Shown: one piece after another, positions 55,302 through 64,000 of the stretch
How positions within the stretch are numbered: the stretch's first letter is position 1
Layout: each line of letters starts with the position of its first letter
DNA from: Perkinsela sp. CCAP 1560/9
Taxonomy: Eukaryota > Protista > Euglenozoa: Kinetoplastea
Length of the DNA stretch: 64,000 nucleotides
Assembly (NCBI GenBank): GCA_965644495.1
Contig: CBFFSA010000007.1
Coordinates: forward strand, 620,001-684,000
Reading direction: 5' to 3'
Made by a program: the position numbers and the translations under genes
Notes under the pieces: model-generated
What the model was told of the DNA's origin: nothing
Seen by the model: only the letters and a program-made list of their open reading frames with translations
Databases searched by the model: none

Positions 55302-56909
55302 CCGTTACCCCCCCTTACTTAGCCCCCACTTTTTGGCCCAAGACCCGTACTTTATGGTGAAGTAAGGGGGGTGGTGAAGTAAGGGGGGTGGTGAAGTAAG
55401 GGGGGTGAATGAATGATTCAAAGTTCGATCAATTTATAGTTCTCTCGAAAATCCTCAAATTATTGAAGTACACTATGCTATCGACATTGAGCGTAATTTC
55501 CTTTTCTTGAGTGTTGTAATACCTCGTGTTGCACATTCTATATTTTATGTTTCTTTTAGCTTGTCTACAATGTCCCATGGGCTTTTAACTTCCCCCCATC
55601 AAAATTACTTACGTCTTGAGATTTAAATGATGTCGCAGAACATAACCCATTGAACACCAATTTAAATTTTAGAACTACAAAACACTGTGGCGCAACTTTA
55701 TGATCAAACTGACATGATGATGAAACTGACATCGAAGAAAATCGTTCTGAATTAGAAATGGTTCAACATACTAAGAGGGGGGCAACGCGTCTGTGTTGAT
55801 TGACAGAATATGGCAGAATTCGTAAGTGAAAAGCAAAAATAATTCGGCGCCGCTTCGCGGCGCCTACGGTTTTCCCACTTATGTGCTGTATTCTTAACGT
55901 ATGCTGTATGGGAAGGATTGTTGATGGTGCCTGAGATGCAAAATTATCCATTTGGTACTCTTTTTATGAAAGCTTGCGTAAGTAATTCATCGCGGGGGTT
56001 GTATCGATCCACAATCTCAGAGTAATACCACACTACGTGTCGAATGAAGAATGACACTACGTGTCGATGAAGGAGAACCACGCAGATCCCTGTAGCAGAA
56101 ATTGGTATTCGACTTGGCGACAGGATGGAATAGAACTGGTGAAAAGTGAAATTGGGTGTACTAGAACCCAGTTTGAATTCGTATCTGTCACGTTTACTAA
56201 GCTTACTTAGCAGGCTCGGGGGAGGTGCTAAAAAACTTCCTAAAACTTTCATTTTCTGGTCTGCGATTTTTACTACATGTGCAAATCTGAAGAAAGCAAT
56301 TCCCCTAAAAAGGCTGTGTGGCCCTCAACACAATTCATTAAGAGCAAAGAGAAAGTCAAAAATACGGAACTTGAAGTTAAAAAGGCAAAAGAGTCGTTGG
56401 AGTCTGAGTACACGGATCTCGATCCCTTTTCGATCACCGTGAAATGTATTCCTGTGGAGGTGGGCAGGGAAAGTTTTCGAACGTTTTTTTCGTCCTTCGG
56501 AACGATTGGCAAAATGACCCTTCTGTCTAACAAACATCTCGCCTTTGTTTGTTATGAACAGGCGAAACATGCTGAACACACATGCCGATGCATGCAAGTG
56601 CATCTAAAAGGAAAAATCAAAAAGTAACACATGTTACTCATTCATGTTGAAAACAACCACTGCGTTTAGTAGCGCCCATGTCACAGAGCGCGCAAGTTAT
56701 CCGGCACACATAACAATGTATTTGCAAGATAACTGAACAAGATAACTGAAAAAGAGATAAATAAAGGAAGATAATTGAAAAAAAGGTGTAGTAGAGCCTT
56801 AGAAAACAAAACGGAGAATTAAGGGATGGTTAATTACGGGGCAAAATCCTGGTATGACGAAATGTGGTGTGGTAAGGGGGGAGGCGAAGTAAGGGGGGGG
56901 AGGTAACGG
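55302..56909. mobile_element. Non-autonomous TIR element with TA TSD
   Basis: TIR CCGTTACC(C/T)CCCC..TTACTT.GCC; TA on both sides; subterminal GGTGAAGTAAGGGGG x3 at 55356-55407. Confidence 0.8.
56277..56627 (+). pseudogene. RRM-like fragment inside the TIR element
   Basis: SITVKCIP (RNP2-like), FRTFFSSFGTI, HLAFVCYE (RNP1-like). Confidence 0.55.
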
Positions 56910-59900
56910 TAAGTGGTGGTGTGATGTGGGTGGTCACTATTTCCCGAAAGTTTTTACTGCTGGAAGACATTACTCATGGACGCCGCCGCTGGTCACCAAA
57001 TATGATTCATGGTTATCGATATTGTCGTACATGTTCAATTCACGACAAGCTTCAATTGCACCTCATGTGATCGCTAATCAAATATTTTTCCATGGCAACA
57101 GCGAGAAACTTGCCTACTTAACTGAGCATGTGAATGAAGTGGCGGGTGAGGATGAGACAGACGATGACGATGAAATATCGAATGGCGACCTCAGTGGGGA
57201 GAGTAGTTCTGGAGAACATTGCATTCAGGAATCATTTTTGGGAATGTTTTGAAAAGCTTTTTTATGGCCGAATAATATACAGTGGTTTCAATTCAACTTC
57301 CCCCCCCCCGCGGAATTTTGAGTTTTTTTGTCCATTTTTGCTCATTTTTGATCTCGTTCCTCTAGTGAAGTGCTTTGGCACCTTTTTTATAATAGGGACC
57401 CCCTAGTGCTCATACGTATCTCATACTGTGACCCCGCCTTTAATATGCACACGTTTTTGGAGTTTGTGCATATTAAAGGGGGGGGGTGCATAATAAAGGG
57501 GGGTGCATAATAGAGGGGGGGGGGTGCATAATAAAGGGGGGGCGCGCTTCTTCCCTCTCATACTGTATGATTGGTCCTTGGAAATGCTGTTTTTCCTAAT
57601 ATTGCCGTTCTGTTGAGCCTCGTATTGTTTTATTGCGCTTTGTTGCTTTTCGCTCGACGATCTCTATGGCAATAATTTTTCTGTACCACTTCGTGCCAAG
57701 TTGAATGGCAATTGAAAAAAACGTAAAATGATCTCCTTTTTTAGCTGGCTTCGCAAAGTTTCACGAGCGTTACCCTAGTTATTTGGAGGGGTGACTCCTA
57801 TCCAGGCGCTTCTAGGCGCTTCCAGTGAATTTCTATGGAGTTCGGACTTGGTAATTTGAGGATAAGCAATGTAAACCCCCATATGGGGGGACATGGGGGG
57901 CACATTTTTTTTATTTTCTAAAATCTTGTCCAAGGAAGTGGCAGATTGGGCCGCGGCTATCGCTCGGTCCCGGTAATAAGGCATTTTGCACTGCGTCAAT
58001 AAGAGATGAATGCTGTAAATTGTTGTTGTTTTTGTTGGTAACAAGAGCGCCCGCAATACCCTCATGCAAGCGCCGCAAGTACCACTCCGGCTCTAGGGCT
58101 CCGCCAGAGTACAGGGACGCAAGGCTCTCCTAGGTCGCTTCACTAGTGTGTGTATGTCTGTGCGTGTGAGTCAAGCCGTTTGACTCCGAAGAGCCAAGCA
58201 GTTTGACTCCTTCACGCGTAGGTCGCGCTACCGGTTCTCCACGCGAAGCGTGATCTTCTAACACGAGAGCGTCGAAACCCTCAATCATACAAGAAAAATT
58301 GAGACAAAGGTCCTTGGCGCTTCTAGGCGCTGCCACCCAGAGTCACCCCTCTTAGTATCTTATTATGTTCGTGGATTGTAGATTGTCCAGGCGTTTATCC
58401 TAGAAAAGCATCTAGCCTCCCATGAGAAAGCAGGGGAATTGGGGGAAGGTGCCTCGTCGCAGGATTACCGAAACTCTTTCGAATTTGGTAATGGTATGCA
58501 AATCGCCGTGAAGCGACTACATACTTGGGTCCGCAGAGCGTAGAACAACCTTCCCCGGGCACGTGGAAAGCTGAGCCGTCGCTATTCAGGACGAATTGGG
58601 TTTTACACCAGTTCTTCCCGAACGCCCCATGATTCCCAAAAGGGAGAGGAACCGGCTTGCTGGCACAGTTCGGGAGTGGCGAGTCTCCTGACTATCCTCT
58701 TCTTATCCAGCTCATATTTATCCTGTAATTCCCTACATGTAGGGCATCAATAGAGATCAGCTAAACGACTTACGTTGAACCTCGGAGAGCCAATCCCCTT
58801 GTTACGCATACAGATCTCGGACGCCTCAGCTCTTGCCTCTAGCCGGTAGTTTCGACGACCAATGATATTGGACCGACACGCGGGTCGTCAATAATTTCTG
58901 GGTGGACTACGGTGAAAATGCACCCTAAAAAACAAATTTTTGAAAAAACATTCTAACAAAAAACAAATGTGATTCGGCATTATTCTAAGATATTCTAAGA
59001 CACTTTGCGACAGTTTTCCCTGATATACACAATAAAATTTATCGATGCCCTGTAAGATCATCAGTGGTAATCTCAGATTTCAAATGAACCGGTTGATCTT
59101 CGTCGACACGAAGTTCCCTCACTAAACAAGATAAATGGATTACCTCATTCGCATGCTGAGACTATGTGGAAGGTTAAAAATTAACGCAGGTTTCATAATA
59201 TCGGAGTGCATCTGAAAAAAGCGGCGACATTTGCTGAGTAATGTCTGTAGTGTCCTATAGCTTCGGAATCGGTTTTGTCCCCTCTACCCTTCTAACCTTT
59301 GTTTCGAGTATGGGGTACCTTGGATGTCTAATGTGACATGCACGATGAACGCCACGACAATCCCATGTCGTGCAAGGAAACTGCCTGAAACTTTGCAAAA
59401 ATTACTTTCTAGGCATTTCGTTAAGCGCGGAGGTAATTTTCAACGCAAGGCGCGCAGCAGTGGTGACTTATAAGTCGAAAACAACAACCGCTTTTGAGGA
59501 ATCGACAAAAAAAACAAAAATTTCAGGATAGTATGCTTAAAAAATTCATAAGACTCGAACTGCACTTATCTCTACTTGCGAGCCCCGACGAAATACGTTT
59601 CAGTAAAGCGAACGATAGAATCCTTGTTGGTAGGCGACTGGAAGAATCTACTTGTACATGCATGAATAGCTGTTTACACTGTACTGTTTCAATGACGTGA
59701 TGCACTATGGATTTACTTTTCAAGGTTAAAATATGAAATGAAAAGTACAGAGTATATTGCGATTATTTTTAGACAAAATTTTGTTTAATCGAATAGCATC
59801 GAACCGTGCACCAAAAACTGATGAAACTTATACAAGTTTGGTGATATGTGCTTCTTAGATAATGACATGATATGATCTACAGATTCCTTAAAAACAATCA

Positions 59901-60309
59901 GCTACAGGACTATACATACGAAAAGAAAGCATAACATATACAGCATAAACAGCATAACAGGTGTAGTAACTAACAGTAAGAAACAACGAATAGCTCTCAC
60001 AACAAGACAGTACAAATATACTTATTTCAGAAACTTAATTAGATCACATCAAGAGATATATTCTGGATTCCAATTCCAAAACACATGAATATTTTCAGTT
60101 AGATATAGTTGTATGCAGTGCATCACTTTTTCTGTTTCACTACACAAAAGAGATTCGAAGTAAAAATATATAGTTGAATGTCAAACACAAATTCTGATTC
60201 ACCAGAAAAACAGAACGAAGCTAGACTACAGAAATAAGTATGTCAAAAAAATCTATTAAGGCCTAACGTTTCTCCCTAGATATTCACTTCAACGGCGTTC
60301 TCAACACTT

Positions 60310-63222
60310 TTACAAATAGTACGGCATTTGTCGCAGTTCCATTCCCACGTTTGGCTTGGCAGCGGAGGAGGTTCCGTGGAAGAATGCCAACTTGCTTGCG
60401 CATTGCAGGACGAAGGGTGCCTTGATGGATCCGGGCCAGTTCGTGTACATCCAGCACAGGTGGTAGGACATGTTCTCTATAGCTTGCAAGGGCAAACCGC
60501 CATCACGGAGCACAAAGTACTTGACCGGTTTCGAGGTAGCCAGGGTGCAGTCGACAGCGATTTGGGAAAAGGAGTGGGAGCTGTGCTCGACAACATGTCC
60601 ACGAGGAATGTTGTGCCACTCCACCCGTCCGCCCTTTGATACTGGCGCTGCGTAGCGATCATGAATACGTTTCTGGACTACCATGAAGGTAAGTTCAACG
60701 TTTTTGCTTCCGAGTAATTTTTCACAGTCCGCCATCTCTTCAACGCGCACACGGTCCATCATGCTGTCTCCCACACCGTCGCGGTACACTACAACGCGTC
60801 CGACATTGGAACCTTTCACGAGCACCTCGAACACTTCTTCGAGAAATTCCTTCAATGTAGTCATGCTCATGCGATCCATCACTGGGCTACGTCCGTCAGT
60901 CTGCTCACTCGCGGCTCCAGCATTGCGGCGGCTTTCAGTCGATGATCCTCCCATCATCTTCTGTCGGGACACCTGCATGTCTGTGTTGCACAAATGGCTC
61001 CACTTTCGAGTCTCCGCATTGTAGTACCAGGCTACAAAACCAGCGAGGTTGCGACGTTGATTTTCGAAGGATCCGGATTCACTTGCTTCGCTTTTGCGAT
61101 CGCTATAGATATCGTAGCCCACGTAGATGGTGCCATTTGCTCCAAGCTCCGGAACGTTGCTCGGAATGTCAACCAGCCACAATGGCGTACCCATCTTAGC
61201 AGTCACATTCTTCGCAATGTTGTGAACATAGGGTCCTGCCGTTTTTGCCTTGCTCATCTTGTCAAAGTCTACGAATTGGGAGACGATGCCCATAGACCCC
61301 AGTTCGCTCTTCAACGTGCCGTAGGCATCCTGACCACGTGTGCTGTGGCCGTTGCTGAGGACGCATAGCACAAGGGCGGGTGTACCTTCCGCAATGGCCT
61401 GGCGTACGGCATCGGTTCGCACGGAGTCCAAGCATTTGTCGATAAAGTCGCGGTCGTCTTCACCACTATCGACGAAGGTGACAGGTCCTTTCGCCTTCCA
61501 TACGCCACGAATGCGTTCGTTGACATCCATAATTTGACGCACTAAGTCACGAGCCTTAGCACCCCAACCAAAGACTTGGTATTCTTTGCGTTCCTCGTTG
61601 AACTGAATCCGCATGGTCTGGGGAGCGAAATCTTGATTCGGGCGGAGAGTCTCTGGAGAGCCAACGATCTGGACTTTGACGGTCTTCATTTCTTTCGGTT
61701 GTATGGTTTCCAATGCCGCATTCTTGATCTGAAGGCAGTATCCGCTCAGGAGCTCTTTCGGTTCCTGTTCATCGAATCTCTTCACCAACTTGATACACTG
61801 ATCTTGCATTTCCTCGGGCATCTTGGAGCATCGCGTCGGAAGGAAGCGTCGTGCTTCAGTGCTTAATTGGTCCACAAGGACGAATTCAGGAATGAGGCGG
61901 ACGCGGCCGGAGCGCTCACCCCAGATAAGAGGCTGATCCGTCTTTGTAACCTCCAACCCATACGTCTCCTTGTAGTAATCCGCATAAGAGATCGTTCGTC
62001 CGCTCTTAAGCTCGAAGACGGACTCCACCGTCGTCCCCTTATCCACTTTGTAGACCATGTAGTTGCGCTTCCTCGTTCCGTAAGACGTCATCACCTTGAG
62101 ACCCAGCAGACTGCGCGGCCCGTTCTTGTTGAGGTAGTCCAGCGCAGTTACACGTGCTTCCACATGACTTCGAGGATGAACAATGAGAACAACACCGTTG
62201 TCTGTCAACTGGAATGTTGCAAAGTAACCAGGTACCACAATCATATCGCGATACACACGTTGCCGAGTGAAATCGCAGTATATTTTTCCTGTTCGGCGAA
62301 GATCTAATGATTCCAGAATTCGGCATAACACATGATTGTACACTTGCATCGTTTGTTCCTCATTAGAGCGGGGGTTGAGTTGCACCTTAGTGATGTCTTC
62401 TTTGCGTAGTTCCATTGTGGTCTTGAAAGATCCAAGGGAGACTTCACGTGAAAGCGGTTCTTGCAAATGTTCGGAGATATCCTCAAGGCAATAAAAGTTA
62501 GTTCCAGAGATGATCAAATCGAGCTTCTTGAGGTATTCCTTTTCTAAGACTTGGCGAAGATATCCGAATAGAAGCTTCTTACGTTGAATTTCGCTGATGT
62601 TTTCATTTTTCTCGATGCTGAGGGGATACATGTAGACCTCCGCCTTACTGATGGAGACATTGACAGCATTCCACATTACGTCGCGGCATGGTGCACGCTG
62701 ACGGAGGGCGTCACGTTCGGATGCCATCAAACGACCACGTTCCGTCCTGTCTTTATCAGCCCAGAAACGATCCCAACAGCCACTGCAACAGCGTTTATTG
62801 GGGACGTCCGCATGCTTTCCTACTCGGCATAACTTACCACAGCTGTCGCATTTGGCGTACTCGCTCCCAATGAAGGGCATCATGCTTCCGGTGCCCGGAC
62901 CACCTCCCATGGGACCGCCCATCGGACGGGGACCACCGGGTGCACCACCCGGAGGGCCACCTGGTCGTCCTCCAGGAGCTGGGCCACGATCGTCTCTTCG
63001 GTAGTTGTCGTTTCGGCGATCATCGCGGCGGTTGTCATCCCGGCGATAGTCTTGGCGCTGGTCACGCGAGCGATCGTCCCTGCGATAGTCGTCGCGACGG
63101 TCATCGCGTCGATAATCATCACGACGGTCATCGCGCCGATAATCATCACGACGATCATCGCGCCGATAATCATCGCGCCGGTAGTCGTCACGTCGGTAGT
63201 CGTCGCGTCGATTGTAACTCAT
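60310..63222 (-). CDS. AGO1: Argonaute/PIWI protein, copy 3
   Basis: 970 aa, four residues different from copy 1. Confidence 0.92.
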   Translation of the reverse strand: MSYNRRDDYRRDDYRRDDYRRDDRRDDYRRDDRRDDYRRDDRRDDYRRDDRSRDQRQDYRRDDNRRDDRRNDNYRRDDRGPAPGGRPGGPPGGAPGGPRPMGGPMGGGPGTGSMMPFIGSEYAKCDSCGKLCRVGKHADVPNKRCCSGCWDRFWADKDRTERGRLMASERDALRQRAPCRDVMWNAVNVSISKAEVYMYPLSIEKNENISEIQRKKLLFGYLRQVLEKEYLKKLDLIISGTNFYCLEDISEHLQEPLSREVSLGSFKTTMELRKEDITKVQLNPRSNEEQTMQVYNHVLCRILESLDLRRTGKIYCDFTRQRVYRDMIVVPGYFATFQLTDNGVVLIVHPRSHVEARVTALDYLNKNGPRSLLGLKVMTSYGTRKRNYMVYKVDKGTTVESVFELKSGRTISYADYYKETYGLEVTKTDQPLIWGERSGRVRLIPEFVLVDQLSTEARRFLPTRCSKMPEEMQDQCIKLVKRFDEQEPKELLSGYCLQIKNAALETIQPKEMKTVKVQIVGSPETLRPNQDFAPQTMRIQFNEERKEYQVFGWGAKARDLVRQIMDVNERIRGVWKAKGPVTFVDSGEDDRDFIDKCLDSVRTDAVRQAIAEGTPALVLCVLSNGHSTRGQDAYGTLKSELGSMGIVSQFVDFDKMSKAKTAGPYVHNIAKNVTAKMGTPLWLVDIPSNVPELGANGTIYVGYDIYSDRKSEASESGSFENQRRNLAGFVAWYYNAETRKWSHLCNTDMQVSRQKMMGGSSTESRRNAGAASEQTDGRSPVMDRMSMTTLKEFLEEVFEVLVKGSNVGRVVVYRDGVGDSMMDRVRVEEMADCEKLLGSKNVELTFMVVQKRIHDRYAAPVSKGGRVEWHNIPRGHVVEHSSHSFSQIAVDCTLATSKPVKYFVLRDGGLPLQAIENMSYHLCWMYTNWPGSIKAPFVLQCASKLAFFHGTSSAAKPNVGMELRQMPYYL

Positions 63223-64000
63223 AGAATTTGGTTAAAAGTAGTTAAATTTTCAGGTTCCGTTGTATGTCCTTGTTGTATCTGACATACAACAATTAGGACA
63301 TAATGTCCGAGAAACGACTTATTGATGTTGCATGTGATTAAACAGAGAAACTATGGGAGACTTTTATACATTCAGCGAATTGTGGGTTAAGTTGTTTCAT
63401 ATCAGCGAATCACTACAAGAGTAATCATCATGGAATTTTCTGGAGATACGTGGAAACAGTGTTTCATTGTGACAACCGGTCATCTACAGACTCTCCATTG
63501 CATTTTTATCCCCCCAGACCCTTTTTTCATTCATTCTCGAGCCAGCAATCCTTCGGAGGTTTCACCTGCTTCGGATTCCGCTCCTTCGATTTCAAGTCCT
63601 TCAATCAAGACTTCCCCAAGTCAGCGAGATCGGATCGCAATCCCTGGACATAGCTACAACAATAATTGTTGTAATATTAATTGGTTAAAAGTAGCTAAGA
63701 AGAAAGAAATTAGTGACAAAGTTTATTGAAATTGTTCATGAGATGAAACCACAGGACCTTTTGAAGCTGAGTGAGCCGGCATAAAATATGGGAAATACAT
63801 GTATGCATAGACCATGAGGCTGGTATAGAAGGCGAGTGTGCACTGTTTGGATGTAGTGCGTGAGTTTTTATTGTAGTGGCATGGGCGAAATGAATCTTCG
63901 GGAAATGTACAGAAGTTCCATGTAGTTATTCGACCCATCCTGTTAGCCACGTTAATGAATTACTTTGTGAAACTGAAGGTTCATCAGAACCGTTTCGTGT

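Larger units (their letters stand above)
53712..57252 (+). pseudogene. Degenerate hAT-like transposase, interrupted by a TIR element
   Basis: GLAVDAGID, MVDGSTVN, CIGH, and a dimerisation-domain-like EY|KWW...YFPKV that rejoins in frame across 55302-56909; many stops and frameshifts. Confidence 0.6.

Noticed and set aside
36115-63222. Prokaryotic Argonaute defence operon
   Set aside because: Eukaryotic neighbours, eukaryote-type PAZ/PIWI motifs and a low-complexity N-terminus; no associated effector genes.
1-64000. TnpB/Fanzor nuclease, spliced-leader RNA gene or telomeric array
   Set aside because: No RuvC plus zinc-finger ORF or SL exon recognised, and only isolated TTAGGG hexamers; judged by eye, so a degenerate copy could be missed.

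Overview
Eukaryotic, intron-free, kinetoplastid-like DNA. The evidence is a KREN-type RNA-editing endonuclease, MCM5, a WAPL-like gene and co-oriented gene clusters; a Perkinsela-like organism is my inference. A plus-strand cluster (197-6906) and a minus-strand cluster (25755-63222) converge on a ~19 kb pile of nested transposons: Merlin, Tc1/mariner, a TIR element with a 6-bp TSD, CRE-like and RT-RNase H retroelement remnants, and two tRNA-derived SINE families. The right half holds three near-identical intact Argonaute/PIWI genes separated by more transposon debris. Main observations: (1) an intact bacterial-type IS30 element (DD33E transposase, 26-bp IRs, 3-bp TSD) inserted inside a eukaryotic retrotransposon endonuclease, where removing it restores the reading frame; (2) tRNA-headed SINEs with A/B boxes and a clean TSD, a class I do not know from kinetoplastids; (3) an amplified Argonaute with an RD-repeat plus Cys-cluster N-terminus, beside a convergent TE-filled region that contains a long SINE hairpin, a plausible small-RNA defence locus. 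All calls come from manual motif reading; no database searches were run.
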